Assembly: GCA_012295275.1 (NCBI GenBank)
Contig: CM022665.1
Location: 2,604,001-2,668,000, forward strand
Source of the DNA: Chrysomallon squamiferum
Lineage: Eukaryota; Animalia; Mollusca
DNA length: 64,000 nt
Direction of reading: 5' to 3'
The notes under the pieces are model-generated. The model was not told the DNA's origin and did not search any database. It saw nothing but the letters and a program-made list of their open reading frames with translations. Made by a program: the position numbers and the translations under genes. This document shows, in pieces, positions 40,601-53,320 of this stretch. Position 1 is the first letter of the stretch, and the number at the start of each line of letters is the position of its first letter.

Positions 40601-43600
40601 GTATGGAAGATTTTTTCCCCCAAAAAATATAATTACTTACTCAGAAGTATCACAAATTGTGTCACCTGTCAATGATAAAAAGGTAAATTTAATATACTAA
40701 CATATAAGAGCCATTACAAACAGACACAGCGGGAAAAAAAAAAAAGAACTTTAATATTGTGCCTTATGTAATATCAATATATATTTAGAGATGAAATATG
40801 TTAGTAACAAAGATATTTATTTCTCTGCATTTCAAACAGTATTACATTATCATTATACAACTATTTATACTGGTGGCAGTGCTGTTCAGATGTGAACTGT
40901 AACCTTTTTTTTGGTTTAATACTGTTTATTCAATATGTTTTGGCAACTGTGGGTTAATCAACTGACTGCTTGGGTGTCCAACATGACAAACATATACACT
41001 ACAGATGAGAGACAAATTTTCTTTTTCTTTACATTACAATTTCACCAATTCTTGAGAATCATCGAGGTATGGTTGGTATAATTTTGTACTTTTCACAATT
41101 CATTCATTCCATTTTTAAGTATATTATTTTTTTGTTGATTTTGAGGGGGTTTCTGAATTTAAAATGTAAACAGAAGAAGAATTAAATAGTTAAGAACTGC
41201 TCACAAGACGGTATTTAAAAAAAAAAAAAAAAAAAAAAAAATATAAAAAGTGAAATATAAATGTGTATTTTACAGCAAACAAGCTGAGCTTGGTACGACT
41301 TTAAGGAAGGGAACCAGAGCCTTTGAATTCAGTTTGAAGCTTGTAGTTCAATTTATTATTGGTTATTTTTATCACATATCATAACTCTCTACTGGTACGA
41401 AAAATTGGGATTCTGCCATAGATTAGGAAAGATAATTTCATTTGTTAATAGATAATATAGTCACTACTCTTGTACAGTTCCTTTTTGTTGTCAATTAAGA
41501 TGCCATTTATGCAAAAATGGTTCTGAAGAGCACCACTAATGAGGAAACAAAGGATATCATTCAAGATTATCTTTGTAATGCAGAATAACACGTGACACCA
41601 AGGACATGAATGCAAATATCAGCAATTCTTCAAGTTGCTTCAGAGGGTCATTGACAATAAAAGTGATGTAACTGACGGAAAATGTCTATAAATATCGTTG
41701 TGACACACTTTAGATACTGTTTTACGAATGATCCCATACCAAGATCTGATATACCAAGATCTGATTTACCAGCTCTGCAAAAAATGGCTCTTAAGCCCAA
41801 AAACTGAATGGAGAATCTTCATCTTTCCAAATACTAAGCAAAGAAAACTGTTAAAATACTTGAAACATTTTGTTCTAGAAAGTGGTGTATTATACAAAGC
41901 AGATGTACATCAAAACTAAATTCTGAAACAATTTGTCATTCCAGTGCCCTGTATATTTTGGACATGATAAAATGTGCCGATAATTTGAGAATTAGTACTG
42001 AGGGTATATGTCCAGGGATAGCAGGCAGGGTGTAATTATTCATATGTACATTGTAATAACAATCTGGAGGTAAGTATCATGATCATTATGATCCAAATCA
42101 TAATGGCTGGCATCTCTGTGATTTCTGCAAGACAATATTTCAATACTGTTAACTTACTAACCTTTTACTTTGTCAGAATCATTGTTCCAGTTTTGTGGAG
42201 ATTCTTTAACGAACTCTCTGAAATAAACAGTTTTCAATCATTTCTTTTTTTCAGTTATTACAAGATATGTCCATGTATATAATAATTTTAATTCTCATGA
42301 TTAGAATTTAGACTAATTGTATGTACAAGGATAACATGTTAACATATACAGACATATCAAAGTAAAAAATAAAATGTATTTACTTGTAACTTTTATATTT
42401 TACTGACAGTTACAAAATAAGCCTTTATGGTGTCAATAAATGTGAAACTGGTTCATTATCATTATTATGCTGGGAATGATATAAAACAAACTAATTTAGA
42501 ACACTGTGACTGATAAATGTTTCTGCAGAATATAAATAACGACTTTACTTTTTTCATTAGTAGTAATCCTGTCAATTCATATTCCTGTTAATATTGTCTC
42601 TACATCCTTTAAATAAATTTAAAAAAAAACATACTTCACTACATATGTTTCTGCAAAACTGACTCTCCTTGATACACGCTGTGTAACTTCAATCTGAAAA
42701 AAAATATACAACAAATTTCAAAGGACAATTATTACAGAACACTTGTGTAACAAAACATTAATAGTGGGAATACACTGTCTGTACTTCCATCTTACTAATG
42801 CATTTGTATCTAGCAGCCAGTCTTTCCTGAGTAGTTTACTGTTCCTACCCTAGTACTGAGCATGTATAATGGATCAGAGTAAAATGTGTCAGAAAGCAAT
42901 AAAGACAAGATATCTGAAAGAAAATATTTTGATATAGCCATGTTGTTAAGAAGAAAAAAAATACAATTTCACACCAACAGGACCTTGGCTCCAAATGCCA
43001 ATTTCCATACCAATCAAAGAATGCATATCCTCAGAAACCTCCATTAATGTATCATGGAGTGACTGTTCCATAGAAATTATCCTACAATTCATTACTTGCA
43101 TAACAGTAACCTTGAACAAAATATTCCTTTTACTAAGAAAAATATTTTATGTTTGTATTTCATGGAGTAACCAACATGCTCAAAAGAAGATATGAAACAA
43201 TTTTTTTTTAGATCTGCCTGCAAAATCAAAATGACAATTATATTAGTTCTCTTGATCTGACATCCCAGATTAGAGCCAAGTTTGTGCTAAGTCATCTTTA
43301 AAATTACTTTAATTTGCAGGTGATATCCCATTCCAAAGAGTAACACGTTAAACATATGCTTGAAATATGTTCACTTTTAAGGTAAAATAACATGTTTTCT
43401 TTTCTGAAATGGGATGCTAGCACAGAACAAAAAAAAATAAATAAATAAATAAATAAATAAAAAAAAAATTAAAAAAAAAAATTAAAAAAATTTAAAAAAA
43501 ATATTGTTTCTCAATGAATCCATCTGCAACATACAGATGGAGCTATGGACACATCACATCCATATTCTGAAATTGTAAACACTGTAACATTACTCACCAG

Positions 43601-45788
43601 TTGACCCGACCTGTCACCCCTGATTAGTTCTGTATACAACTGCCCCTTCTTGAACACTGCGATAATGATCACCCAATATTATATTATCATACTATTTTAT
43701 TAGCAGTGGCTAAGTGCCAGAAACAAACAAAGACAGAAGTACAGACAATGCACTTAGGATGTTATGTCATTATTTACTGTTAACAGTCCTTACATTCAGT
43801 TAAATAATTCAAACAATGCATAACTGACATTCAGCAGAGTAAAAAGAAATATTAATAGGGATAGGATGGGGGAACTGAAGAACTGTCAACCATTACAGTG
43901 CAAACTCAAACTGCAGACTGATCACATAACCAATAATGCCATTAAGCTAGATTACTTCCCTATTTCACAGATAAAAAAAATTACCTGTGAATATAACATA
44001 CTTTACCTTTTACAGCAATATGATTAACAAGTTTTACAGTGTAACATGAAAATTAATCATGCAGTTGTAAAGTAGACTCAATATTCTATTCAAGATTGAC
44101 AGACGTAGATTTGAGATAAAGTTATTAAAACCATTAACAGTTTATTTATGACTGGTTGGATTAATTAATTAGCTATCAAGATATAAAAATGTAAACAACT
44201 GCCTCAAGTCCATCCAAAAGTTTGATTATTACTTCATGAATTTAAATAAAATGAAAAAACAATAATAAAAAACAATGTAAGCTTACCTTTGGATTAATAT
44301 TTTGTGTATCTGACAATCGATTACTCTTCAAGATCTGTAATATTCATGTTAGTAGATAAAACTATTAACTGGCAAATAACAAATGAATAATAAATGAATT
44401 AACGGAAATTTCTTTCTTGTTTCTGTTTATTTTTCATTGATAAATCTGAGAACAGAACTGATTTATAAACTAGAAGTTTATAATGTAACTTAATGTTAAG
44501 CCGAAATTTAAAGTAGTGTTACCTATTTAGAATAATTAATCTGACCTATTTGGAATGACCAAAATATTTCTTAACAGTTAACTGATGGACCCAGTTATCT
44601 ATCCACAAGCATCTGAAGTGCTCTTTTTTCAGTGCATAATCCATAAAGAGACAAACTGTTGAAATATAATGTGCTTTTTCTACTGATGATCTCAGTTATA
44701 AGAAAAGTGATCAATTCTGTTTTGTTACGAGCACTACCTGATAACAACAGTTAATAATACATTTGAACATATATGTGCCTTAAAAAGAATTAGGCATTGA
44801 AAATCTATGAATGTATGACTAATTTTCAGGCATACATACTGCAGCTACTTTTATAACCTTAGGTCCAGTTTGTGTCAATTATAAAAGGTCTCCCTTAAAT
44901 AAGAAGACATAAAACGTGATCTTTATAATATAATAAATGTTCAGTAAATAAATGTACCGAGGATCTTCTTTTCTCAGATTTCCTCTGCCTGCAAAACAAT
45001 TTAAATACTTTTTTAAAAAATCTTTAAAAAAAAAATAAAGAAAAAGAAAAAACAAAACAAAACAAGTAAGAATTCTCTGCATGTGACTAAGTACTTACCT
45101 AAAAGGGCCTGTCAGAGTCATTTAACAATTATTTTAAAGTAATTTTATATTAGTAATATCCACTAAGCATTTTATTTCATCAGAAGCCAACCATTTTATA
45201 AAATTATATAATTTTGATGGAACAATTTTGATAGTCTAAAAACAATGAACTTGCAAAACCACAAACAGGTAAATAACTAAAATTAAAGTGTAATGTTTCA
45301 TTCGTAAATGAAAATTTATTGACTTTGGATTCTGTGGCAGTCAACTTAGATTTTTCTGAAATAATAATTTTACCCATTCAAACTTTTGCCCATATACTAA
45401 GATCAATTTTCAAAATCATTTTTTTTCCCTGGAAATTATAAAATTTTATAGAATTGATTGGACTATTATAAAAAATTACAAATTTACTTTTTGGATACTA
45501 CCGTTTGCTCCATTACTCATAGACATTGCTAAATGCTTTGTATTGAATTTGTATGACATCTCATTTCATTAAAACCAACATAAAAAGTAACAAGATAAAA
45601 ATTATTAAAAAAAAAACAAATAAATAAATAAAAAGTTATAAAACAGCATCTGAGAACAATCTAAAGTGTATTTCAAAGATTTTTTTCAATGGTATGTTAA
45701 TTTCATGTAAAATACATCTGTCTTACCTTGAAACCTGATTTTCTTCATCTTCTGCAGGATCTCCTGTTGATACTTTAGTTTTAGGCAT
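28610..45788 (-). CDS. KNL1: Kinetochore scaffold 1 (KNL1/CASC5/Spc105), ~1520 aa, 25 predicted coding exons
   Basis: Phase-consistent GT-AG exons: 45727-45788 (ATG), 44958-44988, 44287-44334 (RRSS|ILK), 42635-42693 (RRVSF), 42162-42217, 40641-40665, 40199-40233, 39871-39923 (ITGFNKLLTGVI), 39566-39627, 38891-39072 (KI-like motifs), 36051-38540 (MELT repeats), 35369-35508, 34552-34617, 33984-34093, 33301-33391, 32675-32791, 32126-32213, 31775-31861, 31446-31485, 30959-31108 (coiled coil), 30087-30226, 29754-29857, 29402-29502, 29039-29164, 28610-28712 (RWD-like C-terminus, TGA). The small exons are less certain. Confidence 0.9.
36051..38540 (-). CDS. KNL1: KNL1 large exon (2490 nt) encoding the disordered MELT-repeat region
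   Basis: Contains ORF 36040..38463; MDFTC, LDITC, MDLTC, MELTC (twice), MEMTC, MEITC, LEMTC and TxxF/Y motifs; CAG acceptor at 38541-38543, donor gtaagg at 36050. Confidence 0.93.
41500..41950 (+). mobile_element. Degenerate Ty3/Gypsy pol fragment (RNase H-integrase linker) in a KNL1 intron
   Basis: ORF 41728..41919 QRKLLKYLKHFVLESGVLYKA continues past a stop in frame to ILKQFVIP, matching the Gypsy linker pattern RxLLxxWxxLxLxxGVLYR...QLVLP. Left boundary approximate. Confidence 0.55.
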
Positions 45789-47173
45789 GACTGCAAAAAC
45801 ACAATCAAGTTTTATTTCTTGTAAAAACAATGACATTAATATATTATGTTATGATAATGATCATTGTTAGCATTTGTGCATTTACATGTATGTATGTATG
45901 TATGTATGTATGAGTGTAAGTACATACCCTATGTATATATTTGTAAAGTATTATTGTTATCATTTTTAGTGAAAACCTGTTAAACAGTATTAACTGTTTA
46001 GTTTGTAGCACATTCCTGGGTGAGAATTGAGGTGGGGGACAAAGTTTAATATCAAAGGGTACATGGACTCACCCATGAACCCCCCCCCCAAAAAAAAACC
46101 CACCCAAACATATGCAACAGATGCTGATAAAACATATCATCAGCTTCTTTAATTTTCATGAGGCATCTATACTTTATATAAAATTCTCCAATGTGTTCAT
46201 TTCTGGGAGAATGATCATCTACAAATGATGTAATGAAGATTGTAAGATAAAAACAATTTACATATATTTTTAAAAAAAAAAAATTTTTTTTTTTTTAATT
46301 TTGTTATTAAATATATATATATATATAATTTAATATCAAGCATCATCAAAATTTATTATAAACAAAAGAAGAAAAAAAGTTGGTACATATTGGTCAGATT
46401 TTGTCTAAATAATAAATAAATAAATACAAGAAAAAAGAAAAAAGAAGAATGAAAACAAGTTATCTTAATCTTTAATCTGTCAACTCACACTGATAACATA
46501 ATTTATAACTAACAACTTCATCATTATAGTTTTTACACTGTTTCTTTTACTTCAGGCTAGTTTAGCCAGAATATCATTACTGCCAACAAAGGAATTTTAA
46601 ATATAAAACCGTGACCATCTATTGTCAAAATAAAATGAAATTTGTTGTTACCAATATTGTTCTGAGTTGAGAATGAAAAAAACAAAAAACAACAACAAAT
46701 AAATGTGTAGTAATTACACGAGGGTGGGAGGTAATATGGGTAACTATTAATAATATTATTTTATGAATGCGTATCTGTCATAACAATCCATTTATTTGAA
46801 TAACTTTGTACTTCTTTCTTCTTTTTGTGTACTATTTTTTTCTTTGTTAATAAAATTATTATGCTGCCTAAATACTAAGAAATAAATAAAACGGAAATGA
46901 ATTTCAATTGTGATGGTATTTTTCACAATTATTATATGTTTATCGACTCAAACAATAAGATACCTTCATAACACCGCTTCGTATCTTCTTTTTCAGTTAC
47001 TGTGATAACCTGACAAACGGCTCCCTTTAAATTTATTAATTTATCAACATTTACCTGGTACTAGATACTCTATTATATAACTGTTCACACGTAGCGATAG
47101 TGACAGACAAATGTTTTGCTTCTGCTCAAAGAAACTGGAAACAACGCTTCATTTATGTAAATACTTATTTAAC

Positions 47174-47224
47174 TTGAACTTGAATTAACTTGGTTTTTAA
47201 AAACAGGCGTTTGAACATTCCGCC
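47174..47224 (-). promoter_or_regulatory. Putative KNL1 promoter with CDE/CHR-like cell-cycle element
   Basis: Minus strand GGCGG-AATG-TTCAAA (CDE core, 4-nt spacer, inverted CHR TTTGAA at 47210-47215) plus two CTTGAA hexamers, just upstream of a candidate non-coding first exon whose donor (CAG|gtaaat) is at 47054. Confidence 0.45.
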
Positions 47225-47768
47225 ATAATTTTTAAAGACTGGTTCTAGGTTACATGAGCAGACTACTGGAAAATGGACTAGACTGGTATTCATCATTTGA
47301 ATATAGGAGAGTTTGGATAAGTCGCCTTTTTTTTTTTTTTTTTGGCATACGGAGAACACTTCAGAAATGTCTGCCCCACAAAAGAGTGTCACGAAATAAT
47401 ACAGGCCGCAGAAAATAAAAATACATTTAAGCAAGCTGTTTATTGCAAAAGTAATTATGGAACAGAATTGAATAATAATTTGGATCTGGATCCTATCATG
47501 CAGACTCGGGCACTGTTAATGTTATAGTCATAATAGTGTTACTACAAAATATTTACTCGCACAATTTTTTTTTTTTTTTTTTTTTTTTTTTGTTTTTGTT
47601 TGTATTTTGTTTTTTGCTTTTGTTTTAATCAACAATGGCAGGACCAGCAGAAGGTACAGGCAACTCGGGCATTCATGCTGGATGGGGCCACCTCATTTAT
47701 CTGATCTTCAAAATATAAGAGGGAAATGTTAAAGTGAAAAAAATAAAATAAAATAATAAGAAGAAAAA

Positions 47769-47818
<50 letters not shown>

Positions 47819-50800
47819 TGTAAAATTCCTTGAGTGGAGTCAAATTGTCGAAAATGTGACTATTAATTCTCACTATTATGGGATCATACCGAAAAAAAAA
47901 GACAAAGGGTAATTTGCACGACCGTCAGCAAGGGTGGCGATATTAAATTATTCGGTGCATTAAAATTTAAAAAATAATAATAACAATAATCCCAGGACCG
48001 ACTCTGAATCATAGCAAGCCGAGACAGCGGTTAAAGGGATGGACAGTTACGCAGAACAATTCATTTCATACAAGCACAGCCGAAATTATTATGTTATTCG
48101 CAGTTAACCTGGAACCAGGGATAAAAAGAAGTTTATGATATAATTTTTGAAAAATTACAAGTGGATAACCTAGATCAAGGTTAACAGGTGTTTAAATAAC
48201 TGAAGTTGAATATTATTTTGGTATGCCGGTTTATACCTGCTCCCAGATGACCCGGTAATGTATTGTCTGGAGCGTGCAGAGTGTGCTGTCGACAGCTCCA
48301 GATTTTGTTTTCTTTTTTCTTCTTTACATATTCAGCTGTAGGTTTTACTGGGAAAAACAAGAAAAAAAGAAGAAAAAAAAAAAAAAAGAAGTATATATAA
48401 TAATAATAATAACAATAATAACATTCGTCTGTTGACTGTTCCTTTGTTTATGTATAATAACTAGTTAATTCTGTCTGACACTTCTGTTCAGAAGTTCAGG
48501 TAGCGACCGAGTGGTCCCTTGGCCACACGAGGTTGTAACAAGGACAAACACGATTTGTTTTGGGGGGAGTGGGGAGGATGGAGGGGTTGATTTTGAATAA
48601 ATGGGGTGAGAAAGTCAGATCCCAATTTAGAAGCAATCCAAGAAATAAGTACGATTCCAGGATGCATAGGAAGCGGGGTCAAGTCTATACAGGGGGTGAA
48701 ATAATAGTGAAACTTTGAGTAATTTATTTTATTATTATTATTTTTTTTTTTAAGATTTAATAACCTATATTTATTTAAATACCTCAGGATCTGAACTGTA
48801 TGTACCTAGATCCTTATCGAATACAGTTGGCTGCTGTTTCTAATTAACATTTAATGCCATCACAATGGGCAAATGGATAATTATTAACCTAGTAAAGACA
48901 ATTTTATATGGAGGAGAATGGAAGAAAATCCATTTTGTGCGTGGGCTACATACTTTATAGATATTCTTTTATAATATGTGTATGTCTAAAATGAGTCAAC
49001 CGGGGAGAAAGGTCATCCTAATTCCAACTGCAGATGGACTTAATATGAAAATGAGTTTTTTTACACACGCCCTCCTGTGTCATTATATATAGTGTATATG
49101 TGTTGATGCTCATTTGTGTGTTTAAACACATACACACAAATATCCCCATGTATACGATAAGTATATATAAAAAAAAAAAAAAAAAACTATTTAATGTCTC
49201 TAGAGGCAGCAGCGAAAAATAATCATATAACAGATCGAGCACGCTGTTAATACATGTATGTAATTCAACCAGCCCATTCAAAATCAGGGTCCCAAACCCA
49301 AGGAAATAGGAGTGGTAGTCACGATAGTGAACGGACTGGGGTAACAATCTGAAGTGAACCTAGCTCTTGCTTGATGTTTAAAAATTATTATTATTATTTT
49401 GTTGTTGTTGTTTCCTTTTTCTAACATGGAGTTATCAGCTCAAAACGTCGAAGATCACCATTCAGGTAAACCATCCAAACTGACAGGTATGAATTCATTA
49501 AACCAGATTTTGAATAAACTTTTGATGTGATAATGCACATACCTGGGCCATAGAATAAAAAGTGGTTTATAAATGAAAAAAAAAAAAAAAAAAAAATGAA
49601 AAACGTCGTTTATAAACGGCTCATATAAAAGTACAAATGAAGATAAAATATATCTTTGGTGAAGCAACCGAATACAGCCATAGCCACGTTTATTTATAGT
49701 TATTAGCCGACACAAACCTAGTGACACCATTTCGTCGATCAAAACATGTTTATGCAGTTTGAATTCACCTTGGAAGAACACAATAAGAACACACTGATCC
49801 CGTATCCCTAATTGTTTTTAAAATTATCTGGGTGTTGCTGTATTCATAAGAAAAGATATATCCAAGGTTTGTATTTATGTATCTTTTCTTGGATAAAACT
49901 ATCTGCTATCCCCGCACATTCTTTAACCACTGTTACGTTGATACTTAAACATCTCTCTGTAGGCTTACGTGTCAGATTTTGAACTTTTGTTCTTTTTATA
50001 AATGGTAACGTATTTGCCATTTCTGTTTCAGGATAATTAAGCCTTCAGAATTTGTATTTTTTGTTTTTAGTCTTTTTTTTCTTCTTTTAAAAAAAAAAAA
50101 AAAAAAAAAAATTTTTTTTCCAATTATTAATTTTTATATTTTTTTATTCATTCATTCATTCATTCATTCATTCATTCATTCATTTTGTTGTTGTATTTGT
50201 TGTTCTTCTTCCTTTTGTTATTATTGTATGTATATGTTGGTGGTAAGTGATACGTGATGATAAGAAAAAGTACTATAAAATAAAATACGCAGATGTCACT
50301 CGCTTAATCTTCTGCGTCATACAATTATGTATATATATTGCAAATTATTTATTATTTATTCATTTATTATTGTTATTATTATTATTATTATTATTTTGAG
50401 AGATGTAATGACAAATGATTAAGTGAATTTTCATTGTGCTACATTTCCAATTTGTAGAAAAATATTAAAAAAGAAAATATATTTTACTTTTTACTGATTA
50501 ATAAATTATGTACTGTAAATTAATGATATCACCATCAGTTTTAACTGATATTGTCTAATATATATATATTTTTTTTTTTATTATTTTTAGTATCTTTATG
50601 ACCTTTTTTTCAGTCTAACTTTTCTAACATAGTTTAACAAAGAATTTTGCAGTCGAAACGGCATTTCTCTTGAGACATATCTAAATATCATACAATAATT
50701 ATTTTATTTAAACTAACACATACATGGTCTTGATTGCGTATATACGTGTGTGTATAAATGTTTGTATGTATGTATGTTTATATATATGTGTATCTATATA

Positions 50801-52219
50801 GTTGAGTGTGTGTGTGTGCGTGTACGTATGCAAGGGGGTTCATTGTGGATGTGGATATGTAAAACAAACAGTCTGACGTGAACTGTATGTATTTTTCGCA
50901 GTTTTTGCGACTCCCATGTCTTAATGCGCAGTAGAAATGTGCTGTAACGTAACCGATTTCGTTAATTTTTCCGCGGATCCTTTCTGATAGACACTATATT
51001 CATACTCCGCATTCCTCTAATAAGTAGCAACTCCTGCCTTTTGAGGCGTCGATAACGCACCCCTCCCCCGCACACAAATACTTTCTGCATATTGGCCTGA
51101 AATATGTTTTTGTTATTGTTCTTATTCCGTTTATTATTATAAATATAAAAATAGATATTATGAATATTATCTGATCACTGATTACTTCATGATAATATAA
51201 AATACGTTTATATACACATACACAAACTCATGCGCACATGTATTTTGCCAATGACTTGGGGAATTTATTGTAGGTCTATATGTTGTCCATAAATATTTAA
51301 AAGCCAGAACTGCGATCGTGGAATCAGTTTGTTAACCCCAGATTATAAACAACAACAACAACAGACAAACAAACTGTCAAGTAATTCTTTTTTGTCCATG
51401 ATGATAATATAATCCTCAAAACGACATTTTCAGTTGGGTGATGTTTTGGGGTAGTCAAGGTGTTCAGTGTAATATTTACAGTGATAAGTCACCGAGGAAA
51501 GTGTGTAGACAGGAATAAAGTCTGTTAAAATGCGATTTGTAATATAGCCTGTGTTATGTATCAAACTGGCGTTATCAGCTAACAAAATTTGGATGTAGCT
51601 TTTCGTCATCTGGGTTATTTTCGTTGTCATTTTCTTTAGGATAACATTTGGATAAATGGGTCGTCCATGTCAGAAATTTTCAATCCTTTTTGTTTCTATC
51701 CCTGTACCCTTTGGAGAAAATATTTTGTTGATGCATTCCCCTCCCCAAGTATAACGACAGAGCAGCTTTAGAGTGATCAGTTATGTACGTGTTATAAAGT
51801 GCACACTACTTTAATTTGGTAAAATATAATGAAAAATTATATTTCTGAGGGTCGGGCGATGATGTTTATCATTCTTTAAGTGGCCTTCCGCAATAATATT
51901 TGTATTTGTTACATACGTCATTACTGAATTTTGATCATGTATTCCCTGATGACTACTTGCGAAGTCTACCCCCAGGGGTCGCGTACCACAGTTTAAAAAT
52001 CTCAGGTCTGTGTCACATTCCGACTAAAACTGGTAAGTAAGTACATATACTTCTGACGAATTTTCTTCCTCATCAACTGAACATACAAGTAAGATATGTT
52101 CGACAGATGGAAACTAGTTTATCTGTTATAAACAATTCGTTTTCTGAAGAAATGTCTGCAGACTAAGTGTAAATATACTTTTGTGACGTCACGGGCAAAA
52201 GTTAGCCAGACTGAATTGA

Positions 52220-52255
<36 letters not shown>

Positions 52256-53320
52256 GGCAGTTCATAAATCAGTTGTTATAAATTAACAGGGCGATAATTG
52301 TTTAAATGTCTATCGAATATAGATAGCAATATCAATACCATTTCTTTCCGTATATAGTTGTTGAGGTAAAAAAAAAAAAAAAAAAAAAAATATATATATA
52401 TAAAAAAAAAAAAACAAAAACATGCTTTGATTGTTGCTGATTAATAGCTTACTCAGTGTGTTGATGGATACATTCATTTCACTCATGTAATAGGATGATG
52501 AAAGCTCGTGACAGTTTGTCTCGGTGACACAAAGTGCTGTGAGCGTTTAGCACAGTTTTTGACCTACTTATGTTGTTGACCTGTTAATGTTTACTGTGCT
52601 TCTAATGTTACGACTTTTGGACGAAGTTCAAAATGACTTAACTCCATTTTATTCTGTTAACAACCACAGAATAGAAATGTTATTATTTATGATTTACTTT
52701 AATATCTTGACTCCAGTGTGTGCTCACGTAAGAAATTACATTAGATAAAACAGCTAGTTCTGACACAAAAATAATTTCTAGACGATAGACTAAAACAATT
52801 GATCAGTTTGATGACGATGCACAAAGGCTATTATTAAAACATGGACTGCACTAACTTCACAGTTTCACAAAGATAATTAACAATTTAACAACTAATTATT
52901 ACCTGTGGGTCATGTACAGGGGTTGTACAAAATAGAGCATGTCTGGGGTTTTTTTCTTGGGTCATATTAAGTATTTTTCTGATGATGCGTTAACTGAGGA
53001 TGTGGGTTAGATGTCAGTATGTCAATCAAGATAAAGGCTACTTTGGAATCATAGTATATATCACTGGAATTTGACGGTAGGTGTCCATGTGTGTGTTAGG
53101 TATATGTTAAAACATTTTTTTTTTTTTTTATAATTAATATGTCTCAATATATTTATACTTGGTGTAGAGTGTTTTTTGTTTGTTGTTGGGTTTTTTAAAA
53201 TTTAAAAAAAAGAAAAAAAAAAAGAAAACAAAGTTATAAATTAGGAACAGTAATTAAATATTTAAGAACTGACTGACAGCTGTCTTCTTATAATTATTGT
53301 AATGTATTTTGTATTGCAGA

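Noticed and set aside
42570-42610. DVETILTGI segment resembling a KNL1 exon
   Set aside because: The implied intron is under 30 nt and the frame ends in TGA.
48266-48302. tctggagc...gctccaga inverted repeat as a possible ncRNA hairpin
   Set aside because: Stem of only about 8 bp, too short for a pre-miRNA and with no other support.
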